Source: a virus
Taxonomy: Duplodnaviria; Caudoviricetes
Reading direction: 5' to 3' (one strand)
DNA: 40,786 bases
Virus record (IMG/VR): IMGVR_UViG_3300027986_000005
Coordinates: 1 to 40,786 of that record
The notes below the pieces were generated by a model. The model was not told the origin of the DNA and searched no databases. It saw only the letters and a program-made list of their open reading frames with translations. This document shows positions 1-7,960 of this stretch, one piece after another. The number at the start of each line of letters is the position of its first letter. Position 1 is the first letter of the stretch. The translations under genes were made by a program, and so were the position numbers.

Positions 1-127
1 CAAAGCATCGCCAATTCTTTATCAGGAGTGCATGTAATTCCAGATGTCCACTCAGAAACTAAGCGATGCTCGGACGCATAATCAATCCACCATTTTTCAA
101 ATGCTCCAGCGCGTTTCACTGACTAAG
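1..127 (+). repeat. 127-bp terminal direct repeat, copy 1
   Basis: caaagcatcg...gactaag identical to 40660-40786. Confidence 0.97.
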
Positions 128-205
128 CTCCTATATGAGAGGGGAGAGGGAGTTCATGTTTATCAGACCGTAGTGCTTTCCATAAGAGTATTGCTAAATT
201 TCATC

Positions 206-652
206 TCAGGCACTCCAGAGTTGCTTTCTTTCAGTCGGGTGCTTATCGACCCTAGAGCGTCCAATGTTGGGGCGGTCCCATGTTCCACCGCCAGCAGATT
301 TCTCAAACTTCCAGCCAGAGGCTTTCAAGGACGCGCCCGATTCACTTTCAAGGATATAAGTAATCACCTTCCGATAACCCATAGCCTTACTAGCTCGAGC
401 TGCGGCGGCATAGAGAATAGAGCAAGCGTTCCGGGTTCCATCAGTGCAGAGCCGCGTTACTTCCGCCGTATAGCCATCATCCAACATGCGAGCTACCGGC
501 CTTCCTACAATCACTACGCCACAAATCTTTAGGTCCGCATCCCTGACGGCAATAGAGAATTTATGTCCCTGCGGAGGCTTATGATGCCGGTGATAGTCAG
601 CAATATACTGCTTAGCATCCGCGAGAGAGATTGGCGCAAGCGTCAGGCTCAT
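206..652 (-). CDS. XF1762-family phage protein (GNAT-like fold)
   Basis: HRHHKPP-GHKFS, GRPVAR-LDDG-TAEVTRLCTDGT-NACS-LY and ITYIL-SE-G-SL-A-GW motifs; start reassigned to ATG 652 (ATGA overlap with the upstream micro-ORF). Confidence 0.75.
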   Translation of the reverse strand: MSLTLAPISLADAKQYIADYHRHHKPPQGHKFSIAVRDADLKICGVVIVGRPVARMLDDGYTAEVTRLCTDGTRNACSILYAAAARASKAMGYRKVITYILESESGASLKASGWKFEKSAGGGTWDRPNIGRSRVDKHPTERKQLWSA

Positions 653-744
653 ATGGGATAATGAGCCCCGAGCCACTGACCAAGAAATACTGCGCCTATG
701 CATAGCAGGATTAGAACAACCCATATTATTTCTCTCGAACTCAT
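649..744 (-). CDS. 31-aa single-TM micropeptide MSSREIIWVVLILLCIGAVFLGQWLGAHYPI
   Basis: TAAGGAG RBS; hydrophobic helix; stop overlaps next ATG. Confidence 0.7.
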   Translation of the reverse strand: MSSREIIWVVLILLCIGAVFLGQWLGAHYPI

Positions 745-843
745 GCAATGCTCCTTACGAATTTACTATATGGAAACTTTAGTCAGACTGCTTCATTCTT
801 ATCGCCCAAAATCTTCTCTCTTAAACACTACTCTCCCATAGGG

Positions 844-939
844 CTACGCATACCTAAAGAAAGCTATTACAGCCGCAGCACACGCTATGATGAATACGCA
901 TGTGATGATTACATGTCCCCAATCTGTTCCGCATGTCAT
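844..939 (-). CDS. 31-aa single-TM micropeptide MTCGTDWGHVIITCVFIIACAAAVIAFFRYA
   Basis: GGAGG RBS 7 nt upstream; hydrophobic helix. Confidence 0.65.
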   Translation of the reverse strand: MTCGTDWGHVIITCVFIIACAAAVIAFFRYA

Positions 940-957
940 TTTCCATCCTCCATAGGG

Positions 958-1116
958 CTATGAGTGGGGCTTGAGGATTTGCCTGACCCTCTCGCGTGAA
1001 ATATCGCCGAACCGCTTACCGATGGCCTCCAAGGTAAATCCTCGGTCTCGTAGGGTCTGCATCTTTGCCCGGCGTTTCGCGGCCCGGGCCTTAAGCCGCT
1101 CTTGATGGTGGTTCAT
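958..1116 (-). CDS. Small HTH regulator (sigma70 region-4-like, Cro-position), probably leaderless
   Basis: GFTLEAIGKRFGDISRERVRQIL HTH signature; ATG 1116 lies about at the predicted +1 of the leftward promoter. Confidence 0.75.
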   Translation of the reverse strand: MNHHQERLKARAAKRRAKMQTLRDRGFTLEAIGKRFGDISRERVRQILKPHS

Positions 1117-1124
1117 TAGAGGGG

Positions 1125-1152
1125 AGTATACAGATGAAATAAAGTCTGTCAA
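1125..1152 (-). promoter_or_regulatory. Leftward sigma70 promoter
   Basis: TTGACA (1152-1147) - 16 nt - TATACT (1130-1125). Confidence 0.75.
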
Positions 1153-1156
1153 CCCA

Positions 1157-1184
1157 TTGACAATGGCCTAGGCTCATATATTAT
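1157..1184 (+). promoter_or_regulatory. Rightward sigma70 promoter
   Basis: TTGACA (1157-1162) - 16 nt - TATTAT (1179-1184); back-to-back with the leftward -35, forming TGTCAA-ccca-TTGACA. Confidence 0.7.
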
Positions 1185-1191
1185 TAGGGGC

Positions 1192-1352
1192 GAGATGGGC
1201 AGCCAGGAAGGACTGGCACCATGACCGGGTTGCTAGGGCACGTTCGGACAGTGCGGTGAAATACTCAGTTAAGTAGCCGGTTAGCTGTTGGGAATCTGGA
1301 CCAAGGCAGTACACGCTAGCAAGCCGGAATCAAGCCCGGCACTATCTCACTA
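1192..1352 (+). ncRNA. Structured, tRNA-shaped leader RNA of unknown class
   Basis: GAGATGG/CTATCTC closing stem, GCCAG/CTGGC, TTGCTAG/CTAGCAA, CAGTTAA/TTAGCTG and GCCGG/CCGGC stems; no ORF. Confidence 0.65.
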
Positions 1353-1368
1353 ATTCAACGGAGGGGTC

Positions 1369-1545
1369 ATGAAACTCGAAGACGAAATCTCGGCTCTCGC
1401 GGATGAATGGTCTAAGCCGACTATCACGGAAGCCAAATCCATTCCCGAAATGGTGAAGATGGCGCGCGAGAATGAAAAAATGCTCTGCGCAATTCAGCTC
1501 AAGACCTTGCTGACCCGGCGCTTGCTCGAAAATTCCGGTAGCTGA
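1369..1545 (+). CDS. Hypothetical protein, 58 aa (MKLEDEISALADEWSK...)
   Basis: GGAGG RBS; open frame below the ORF-track cut-off. Confidence 0.7.
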   Translation: MKLEDEISALADEWSKPTITEAKSIPEMVKMARENEKMLCAIQLKTLLTRRLLENSGS

Positions 1546-1603
1546 GTTAGGGAGATTGGGAAAGTGAGCTGCTTAAAATCCTAGAGCCATAAGGGAGAGA
1601 TTT

Positions 1604-1954
1604 ATGAACACACAGCGAGTAGAAGGGCATACGCCGCGCACGATGGGCGAACTGGTAAAGGCCCATGCCAGCCGAAACACTCTAAGCACTCATCATGGAT
1701 TTGAGATGCTTGAGCTTTCGGGAGCTACCGAACATACGTGTGCCGCTAACACGTACCTTGCTGCGCTCTCAATAATCCGTAAGCAAGAGAAGGTGAATGA
1801 GGCGCTGATGGAATCACTCGCAGAGGCTATAAAATGGATTGAGAATGCTCCCGAGGATGCGTGGGGTTATGCGAATGATGACCATGCCCGCTGGCCGCTA
1901 AGAGACGAATTAGTTTCTAAGCTATGCAAGGCGCTGGCGAAGGAGCCCGCATGA
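1604..1954 (+). CDS. Hypothetical early protein
   Basis: GGAG RBS; ends KALAK as in many phage early proteins; ATGA overlap with next gene. Confidence 0.7.
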   Translation: MNTQRVEGHTPRTMGELVKAHASRNTLSTHHGFEMLELSGATEHTCAANTYLAALSIIRKQEKVNEALMESLAEAIKWIENAPEDAWGYANDDHARWPLRDELVSKLCKALAKEPA

Positions 1955-2346
1955 AAATGCTCGACGGAAATTCAGCGGCTCTCAGTCAGCATGAGGCTTT
2001 GCAGGATGCGCGGCAGAAAACCGGCGACCGCCTGTTGCCGAAGGCCGAAGCACTGTTGCGCGAATGGGTAAGGGATGGCGAGAAAGCCCCGAATCAGTTT
2101 CGTAAGCTCTCTCCGTTCATCCTGGCCGATATGATTACCGATGACCCATATCAGTATGGGCTAGATAATGAACTGGTCGCTAACCTAATTGTAGACCACT
2201 ACATGGCAAAAGATAGCGTCTGCGACGATGTAAAGAGACTCGGGGACAATGCTTACGATGCTTGGCTTCGCACCCCGGAAGCCTCCAATGCCCTAGATGA
2301 CATTGTGGAATATCTTGAGGAATGCGCCCGTGAAGATTCCGATTGA
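1951..2346 (+). CDS. Hypothetical early protein
   Basis: AAGGAG RBS before ATG 1951; coupled to previous gene. Confidence 0.7.
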   Translation: MKMLDGNSAALSQHEALQDARQKTGDRLLPKAEALLREWVRDGEKAPNQFRKLSPFILADMITDDPYQYGLDNELVANLIVDHYMAKDSVCDDVKRLGDNAYDAWLRTPEASNALDDIVEYLEECAREDSD

Positions 2347-2455
2347 CTGTAAGCACGTCACCGCCCACCGTCCCTATCACGATTGGGGTAAGTGGGTAAA
2401 AGAACACTGGTATCTGTTTGCAATTGCCCTTTATGTGGGGCTCGTATATCACTAG
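2330..2455 (+). CDS. 41-aa peptide with C-terminal hydrophobic segment
   Basis: GAGG RBS, GTG start; MKIPIDCKH...WYLFAIALYVGLVYH fills the gap between genes. Confidence 0.5.
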   Translation: MKIPIDCKHVTAHRPYHDWGKWVKEHWYLFAIALYVGLVYH

Positions 2456-2463
2456 GAGGGGTT

Positions 2464-2709
2464 ATGGGACGTATGAGCGACCTAGACATTGAACGGCAGA
2501 TGCACGAAGCGGATTTGCAGGCTGAGTCCGACTGGCAACAGCAAGAGGAACTGCATCGGGACGTTGAACGCGTTGTAGAGCTTGCTTGTAGGTCCCTTAG
2601 TCCTACAGACCAGACTTTGCTCCGCTGGGCTACAGGAATACAACCAGCACAACAAGAGCAGCCGAAAGACTATCCATTGTTCCCCGAAGATGGGAGTGAC
2701 CCTTTTTAA
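2464..2709 (+). CDS. Hypothetical acidic protein ending DPF
   Basis: AGGAGG RBS before ATG 2464. Confidence 0.7.
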   Translation: MGRMSDLDIERQMHEADLQAESDWQQQEELHRDVERVVELACRSLSPTDQTLLRWATGIQPAQQEQPKDYPLFPEDGSDPF

Positions 2710-2741
2710 CCGGGCGATATGCCCTTAATTGGAGAGAGAAG

Positions 2742-3083
2742 ATGAAAGTCAGTGAAGCATTCCCGAATAACTCGAAGTGGCTGTCCGCTTCGGATTTGCA
2801 GGGGCACGAAGTGAAGGTACAGATTACTGCCGTAACGGTTGCTGAGTTTGACAACGGCAACAAGCCTGCCCTTATGTTCGCGGGTAAGCAGAAAGGTTTG
2901 GCGCTTAACCGCACCAATGCCAAGAAGCTTGCCGCATCCTACGGCGACGATATGGATTCCTGGCTAGGTAAGGAAGTCATCATCTACCCGGAAGTTGTAG
3001 AGTTTCAGGGTAAGCAGGTGGATAGCATCAGGGCCCGCCCCGTGTTGCCGAAGGCCGATAAAGACTCGGACATTCCCTGGTGA
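2742..3083 (+). CDS. Putative single-stranded DNA-binding (OB-fold) protein
   Basis: LN-TN...YG-D-D-W-GK family motif; acidic DSDIPW tail; adjacent to exonuclease. Confidence 0.65.
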   Translation: MKVSEAFPNNSKWLSASDLQGHEVKVQITAVTVAEFDNGNKPALMFAGKQKGLALNRTNAKKLAASYGDDMDSWLGKEVIIYPEVVEFQGKQVDSIRARPVLPKADKDSDIPW

Positions 3084-3880
3084 GCCATTTCTACGAACGT
3101 AACAGCGCGGGGGAGATAGTCCCCCGCCACTTCGTCCCGATGGCGAGTCGGCCCGGTGAGCTTCGTCCTACGCGCATAACAGATGCGAGGAAACATGGGT
3201 GGTATGCAAGTGTCACCACAATCCAGGGAATGCTAGACAAGCCGGGGCTTAATGATTGGAGAGTTACCGAGCATTTGAAACAGGCTTATGAGGCTGTGGC
3301 TTATGGGGAACTTACGCCGCAAGTGTTACGCGAGATGGGGGAAGAAGAATATATCAAGCGCGTCAAAGGATGGACACAAGAGCAATTAGACAAAGCTCCG
3401 CAACAGGGTACGGATTTCCATGACATACTGGAAAAATATTTCAGTGATGGCGCGGACATTGAATGGCTCTCTAAAGAGGACCGCTATACCTGCGCGATGG
3501 TAGATGAATTGCTCACTAAGACTTGCGGTAAGCAGGAATGGATTACGGAAAAGTCTTTCGTGCATGACATGGGATTCGCCGGGAAGTGTGACATTCATTC
3601 GCCGGAATGGGTAATAGACTACAAGACCAAGAACGACGCGACGAAGTGGAAGCCAGGTAAAATGGCGTACAGCGAGATGTGCCAGCAACTAGCGGCGTAT
3701 CGCGTAGGGTTAGGACTTCACAACGCCCGATGCGCTAACGTGTTTGTGTGCATCCCCACGGGCGAGGTTGAGTTTCACGAATGGGGTCAAGAGGAATTGG
3801 ATAGAGAATTTGCTAACTTTACGGATTTACTTCGTATCTGGCTGAGAAACGCCATGTATGTACCGGGGAGCGTAAAATGA
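3080..3880 (+). CDS. PD-(D/E)XK (Cas4/RecB-like) exonuclease
   Basis: SVTTI, GTDFH, FAGKCD, IDYKT and QLAAY motifs. Confidence 0.85.
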   Translation: MSHFYERNSAGEIVPRHFVPMASRPGELRPTRITDARKHGWYASVTTIQGMLDKPGLNDWRVTEHLKQAYEAVAYGELTPQVLREMGEEEYIKRVKGWTQEQLDKAPQQGTDFHDILEKYFSDGADIEWLSKEDRYTCAMVDELLTKTCGKQEWITEKSFVHDMGFAGKCDIHSPEWVIDYKTKNDATKWKPGKMAYSEMCQQLAAYRVGLGLHNARCANVFVCIPTGEVEFHEWGQEELDREFANFTDLLRIWLRNAMYVPGSVK

Positions 3881-4131
3881 GCAAGATAGCTGCTGAGGCT
3901 GCCCGGGAGATATGCGAGTTCTTTGATGACCCGGGATATTTTACTGTCCAGTCTGTAAAAGACATTATTTCTGCCGCCCTCTCCCAATCCCTGGCTGCGA
4001 GAGATAAGGAGATAGAGGAACTGGCCGACAACTGGGATTCCGAAACTGATACCGAACTTTGCTCTGTCAGTGAGATGTGCAAGATTCTTGCCGATGAACT
4101 CCGGGCCCTCCTAAAGGGGAAAGCGATATGA
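3877..4131 (+). CDS. Hypothetical protein
   Basis: ATGA overlaps at both ends. Confidence 0.65.
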   Translation: MSKIAAEAAREICEFFDDPGYFTVQSVKDIISAALSQSLAARDKEIEELADNWDSETDTELCSVSEMCKILADELRALLKGKAI

Positions 4132-4310
4132 GCGTGCAGAATAAAATTACGAAGGCATATGCGATTATAAATCCTCAAGGGAAGATAATTTTCAATTCCA
4201 TTAACCCGGAGCGCGGAAAGTGTTTAGTGTTATGGGGATGGGGTGATGGAATCATATATCGCCGTGAGGGCTATCGTTGCCGCCGAATTGAAATCAAGGT
4301 GATTAAATGA
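4128..4310 (+). CDS. Hypothetical protein
   Basis: Coupled start; ends GYRCRRIEI. Confidence 0.6.
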   Translation: MSVQNKITKAYAIINPQGKIIFNSINPERGKCLVLWGWGDGIIYRREGYRCRRIEIKVIK

Positions 4311-4370
4311 GCATACAGTGGCGTACCTTCCAAGAGGCCCGCGCCGCTCTAGCTACCGAGGGAGAGAAAC

Positions 4371-4568
4371 GTGAGTGACCACACTGATGCCTATAATTGT
4401 GACCACTATTGGGACGTACGGTATCTCCCGAATGGTGAGCCTGACTGGCGCGTGGGCGTTCATGGAATTAGGACTCCAGCGGTCCATGCGACCTGTCGCA
4501 AGTGCAATACGCGGACCTATTTCACCGAGGAACAGCTGGCAGCAATTCCTATTCGGAGCGAACCATAA
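4371..4568 (+). CDS. Hypothetical zinc-binding protein
   Basis: C-x-H...CxxC; GGAG RBS. Confidence 0.6.
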   Translation: MSDHTDAYNCDHYWDVRYLPNGEPDWRVGVHGIRTPAVHATCRKCNTRTYFTEEQLAAIPIRSEP

Positions 4569-4569
4569 A

Positions 4570-4905
4570 ATGAATAGAAAAGATGCAGCAGATATAGCCC
4601 GCGATGTGGCGAGCTATCTTGATTCATGGCAAGGAAAGAATTTTGAACGCATCGTGGATGAAATGACGCAGGTGATAGCAAAGTATCCAGATATGAATTA
4701 TTCAGAGCAGCTCACCGCCGAACGCGCTAGGCGAGAAAAGGCGCGAGACGAAATAATTAAGCTTGAGCAGCACCACCGCGCACTTGCCAATAGAGCGAAT
4801 CTGAAAGGCGCTGGGCTCACGTTTGATAAACACGCGCTTGTGGCTGACGTGCTTGAGCAGATTCTGGCCCAATACCCGCGCGTGGAACAGGAGAATGAAA
4901 AGTGA
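4570..4905 (+). CDS. Hypothetical helical protein
   Basis: ATG 4570 directly after upstream stop; GTGA overlap downstream. Confidence 0.6.
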   Translation: MNRKDAADIARDVASYLDSWQGKNFERIVDEMTQVIAKYPDMNYSEQLTAERARREKARDEIIKLEQHHRALANRANLKGAGLTFDKHALVADVLEQILAQYPRVEQENEK

Positions 4906-5270
4906 GCATACGTCGTTTTACAGGCTTTGGAGTTTCAGATGCACAACACGCCCAGGATTTGGCTGATGCCGCCTTACAGGGTAGTAAGGATGCCGCTGAG
5001 GCCGTGGCTAAATCATGGCCGAAGGGTCTATTGCGGAGGATACTCGATGATGAAAAACGACTCGCCAAGGATGAGGATGACCGTATTTCTCGCAAGACCG
5101 CCGACTCTCTAATGTCGTCAATTCGTGAAATGGTACACGCGGAAGTTACCGGAGACGGTGAGCAGTATTCGCGCCATGAAACGGTTGTCAGGAATGAACT
5201 GAACGAATTGTATGGGCGGCTAGGTGCGCTCGAATATTTTGTGAGGCAAAGACTTGAGCGCAAGCCCTAA
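4902..5270 (+). CDS. Hypothetical protein
   Basis: AGGAG RBS; coupled start. Confidence 0.65.
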   Translation: MSIRRFTGFGVSDAQHAQDLADAALQGSKDAAEAVAKSWPKGLLRRILDDEKRLAKDEDDRISRKTADSLMSSIREMVHAEVTGDGEQYSRHETVVRNELNELYGRLGALEYFVRQRLERKP

Positions 5271-5284
5271 TCCGAGGTACTCCG

Positions 5285-5974
5285 ATGAAAGATGATGTGA
5301 CCAAACCGCTGCCGATACAGCATTACAGCAAACTGCCAGTGGTGATTAGCGCCATTCAATGGGATGGAACGCTTGCGGGAGTACGCGGGATAGAAAAGGC
5401 TTTCCCTGAGATGCACACAGCGCGTCTGAGTTCTTACCCTCCCGCTGACATGGTGAGCGCCTGGGCAATCAGCACTCTCGAAGGAACGTCCTATGACGTG
5501 TCCAAGGGAGACTGGATAATCCGTGGCATCAAGGGCGAGTTCTATCCGTGCAAGCCCGATGTATTCGAGAAGACCTACCGTGAGGAACGTGGCTACCCTT
5601 ACAACCTCCCCGAGAACGGCAACGCAATCGCCAGCGAGTCAGGCCGTCCCGCAGAAGATGGGCTCGCACGGGAGCCGGTGAGCTATAGGTATAAATTACA
5701 GCAGGAAACGTATTGGCAGCATGGTGAAGGATTGCCGTCTGACGATTTCGTAGACTTCTGCCGCAGGAGTACAAGGAGTCTGGAATTGCTCTACCGCTCT
5801 CCCCCGCTGGAGCCTTTCGAGCGGCTGGTGAGCGAACTGGAGAAGTTGGAAGCCGAGTTCACGCATACGGGCCGCTCTGCCACCAGCTATGAGGAAGGCT
5901 TCCACGACGGACAGAATCAATGCGCCGACCGCATAGCCGAGCTTCTCAAATCAGCGAGGGGGACGAAGACGTGA
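5285..5974 (+). CDS. Mosaic phage protein with conserved N-terminal domain (TLEG...GDWII-G--GEFYPCKPD-F--TY)
   Basis: Widespread phage domain of unknown function; GAGG RBS. Confidence 0.75.
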   Translation: MKDDVTKPLPIQHYSKLPVVISAIQWDGTLAGVRGIEKAFPEMHTARLSSYPPADMVSAWAISTLEGTSYDVSKGDWIIRGIKGEFYPCKPDVFEKTYREERGYPYNLPENGNAIASESGRPAEDGLAREPVSYRYKLQQETYWQHGEGLPSDDFVDFCRRSTRSLELLYRSPPLEPFERLVSELEKLEAEFTHTGRSATSYEEGFHDGQNQCADRIAELLKSARGTKT

Positions 5975-6177
5975 GCGAATCTCTAGCCGAAGCACTGCCG
6001 AAGGAAATGGCCCGCTGCCGAGAGCTGCTTGGTCAGTATCGAGCTATAGGTCCTAGCGGCATGTTTGGTGCTGCAATGATTGAACAGGACTTGCGCCGCG
6101 CTGATAAAGCTGTGATGGAGGGCGACGTGGTGGCGATGATTCAGGTCTATGAAGCTCTCAAGGAGTATGAATCGTGA
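5971..6177 (+). CDS. Hypothetical protein
   Basis: GTG 5971 in GTGA overlap (MSESLAEALPKEMAR...). Confidence 0.65.
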   Translation: MSESLAEALPKEMARCRELLGQYRAIGPSGMFGAAMIEQDLRRADKAVMEGDVVAMIQVYEALKEYES

Positions 6178-6881
6178 CCACAGACACCGAAGCCCTGAAG
6201 GCTCTCGTAGCCCACGCTACCGAACTGCAAAAGCAGCTTGACGAAGGCGACGGGGCGTACCCGCAGGACTACCACGACATATTTGGCAAGCTGGAAGCTG
6301 CTCTGCCGGCCCTAGAGCGGATGCTGGCTTCGCAGACCCAATCGCAGACCTTCGGTCAAGATATGGTGCTGGTGCCGAGGGAGCCGACGCCTGATATGGT
6401 CGAGGCTGGCATGGCGCATGAGCGGGATTGTTCCGGAACACCATTCCTGGCTAATGTTTACAAGGCGATGGTAGCCGCCGCTCCTGTGGCTTCGCAGATG
6501 GGGGAGCCGCTAGCATGGCTGGTAAAGAACGCTCCCGATACCGAAGGGAACGATGAGCCCTATACAAACTGGAGCCGGGTGAAAGTCCTAATGGATGAGG
6601 GCTACGAGGTAATCCCGCTCTACGCCGCCCCAGCCGCAGGGATGGATGCGGAAGAGGCGGCGAGAGAAATTGTGGCGCGGTTTAGAACCGGCCTCATGTT
6701 CTTGCGGTTTTATAAAGAGGGGATGAATGACGCCCTCAACGGAAGTGTTGAAGGGATAGCTGAAATCATCCGCAAGCACCAGGGCAAACAGTCGGCAGAG
6801 GATGTAGCCATAACGGTTGGCGGTAACGGGGTTGCTACTGGGGTAAATCCCGTGCTAGCCGCAGGGATGGACAAACCATGA
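6174..6881 (+). CDS. Eaa/Ead-like mosaic early protein
   Basis: LVPREPT-DM--AG...YKAMVAAAP and PLYAAP modules typical of lambdoid ea/ead genes. Confidence 0.65.
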   Translation: MTTDTEALKALVAHATELQKQLDEGDGAYPQDYHDIFGKLEAALPALERMLASQTQSQTFGQDMVLVPREPTPDMVEAGMAHERDCSGTPFLANVYKAMVAAAPVASQMGEPLAWLVKNAPDTEGNDEPYTNWSRVKVLMDEGYEVIPLYAAPAAGMDAEEAAREIVARFRTGLMFLRFYKEGMNDALNGSVEGIAEIIRKHQGKQSAEDVAITVGGNGVATGVNPVLAAGMDKP

Positions 6882-7027
6882 ACCCTAAAGCTATAGCTAC
6901 CTTTAGAGAGAATGAAGAAAAAGATTGGGAGAGAAAGAAGAGGCTTAGGATAAAAGTTAACGTGACCCGTAAACTCTGTGAGTGGGCTACCATTAGAGCG
7001 AATGAGATACGGAATGAGCGAAATTAG
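6878..7027 (+). CDS. Hypothetical basic protein, 49 aa
   Basis: ATGA overlap with previous gene; MNPKAIATFRENEEK... Confidence 0.5.
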   Translation: MNPKAIATFRENEEKDWERKKRLRIKVNVTRKLCEWATIRANEIRNERN

Positions 7028-7184
7028 TTCAGCCAAGCAGCGTTCATGGATGAAATTCATTCAGTCTCGCTATGCCGAGAATTGGGCAAAGCTGGACGAA
7101 CCTACTAAAATTGCATTGAAGCAAAGCTGGTGGGCTGGGTATGCGGCGGCGCAGTATCTACTCAGGAACAAACCCAGGAAATAA
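7014..7184 (+). CDS. Hypothetical protein (last gene of plus-strand arm)
   Basis: MSEISSAKQRSW...WWAGYAAA. Confidence 0.55.
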   Translation: MSEISSAKQRSWMKFIQSRYAENWAKLDEPTKIALKQSWWAGYAAAQYLLRNKPRK

Positions 7185-7218
7185 AACAGCCCGGTTGCCT
7201 AACAGTAGGTCCGGGCTG
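7179..7218 (-). terminator. Intrinsic terminator at convergence of the two arms
   Basis: CAGCCCGG...CCGGGCTG stem (7187-7218) followed on the minus strand by TTTTATTT. Confidence 0.75.
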
Positions 7219-7287
7219 CATGAATCCCCTTAGCGCTAGGGGCTCCCCGCACAATTCGCCGGGGGTTGGCCTGATTCATGTTCAGGT
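7180..7287 (-). ncRNA. Candidate ~105-nt small RNA
   Basis: Own promoter, three-way junction (CATGAATC/GATTCATG closing two GC hairpins), then terminator. Confidence 0.55.
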
Positions 7288-7293
7288 GGAATG

Positions 7294-7323
7294 AGTCTAA
7301 ACCTATACTTTATTCGCTGTCAA
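7294..7323 (-). promoter_or_regulatory. Sigma70 promoter for the candidate sRNA
   Basis: TTGACA (7323-7318) - 18 nt - TAGACT (7299-7294). Confidence 0.6.
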
Positions 7324-7361
7324 GCGTGTATATTCATATCGCGTATAAGCCTACGGAATGC

Positions 7362-7610
7362 CTATTTTGGAGGGGTTTGCTGGGGGCTAGGTAAGGTACG
7401 GATTCCTTCCAATCGCCCATTACAGGTCTGTATAGCCGCGTTTAAATCCCCTACCGCACTACCCCACGTCGCCCCAGCAAGGTCTACAGAGATTGGAGCC
7501 GTGAGCGTGGCAGGAACGGGTATCCATGTGGGAACCTGTATCTTTTCCACAACAGTTACAGGTTGGGAAGCGCACCCGGCCAGAATCAGGAATAGGGGGA
7601 GAGCTTTCAA
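7362..7610 (-). CDS. Rz1: o-spanin (Rz1-like lipoprotein)
   Basis: Signal peptide with LAGC lipobox, Pro-rich, CN-RL--IR tail; last gene in lysis cassette. Confidence 0.85.
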   Translation of the reverse strand: MKALPLFLILAGCASQPVTVVEKIQVPTWIPVPATLTAPISVDLAGATWGSAVGDLNAAIQTCNGRLEGIRTLPSPQQTPPK

Positions 7611-7960
7611 GGTAGTTCCGGGGGCTTGGGGACGTTAGCGCAGATATGGGGAAGGTCGGTAGGCTTTGATTTAGCGAGAGCAGCGAGTTTCGCATTGTAC
7701 TGAGCCTTAACCGCTTCCGCATGTGTCTGTGCAGCGTAGGCTTGGGTTACGGCTTTATTCGCACGTTCCTGATTCTCGGCAGCGGCTTTGGCTTCTTGTG
7801 CTTTAGCGTCGGATTCCGCTTTCAGCGCGGCAGTTTGATAACTTGCTTGCAGACTTGAGTATTGTTCATGCCAGTGTTCCGCTGTCCCTCTTTCCCATAC
7901 TCCCCACGAAGCAACCGCCCCAAGTAACACCAAAGCAGCGATAAATCCGTAGGGGTTCAA
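7607..7960 (-). CDS. Rz: i-spanin (Rz-like)
   Basis: N-terminal TM, Ala-rich coiled coil, C-terminal Cys; precedes o-spanin. Confidence 0.8.
   Translation of the reverse strand: MNPYGFIAALVLLGAVASWGVWERGTAEHWHEQYSSLQASYQTAALKAESDAKAQEAKAAAENQERANKAVTQAYAAQTHAEAVKAQYNAKLAALAKSKPTDLPHICANVPKPPELP

Noticed and set aside
44-532. 162-aa plus-strand ORF (and similar shadows such as 7291-7638, 13513-13911, 25279-25680, 35518-35910)
   Set aside because: Antisense to well-supported genes, no RBS, no recognisable motifs
1192-1352. Canonical or suppressor tRNA (also considered for 10285-10385)
   Set aside because: No TTCRA T-loop, no 7-nt anticodon loop, wrong lengths; kept only as tRNA-shaped RNAs
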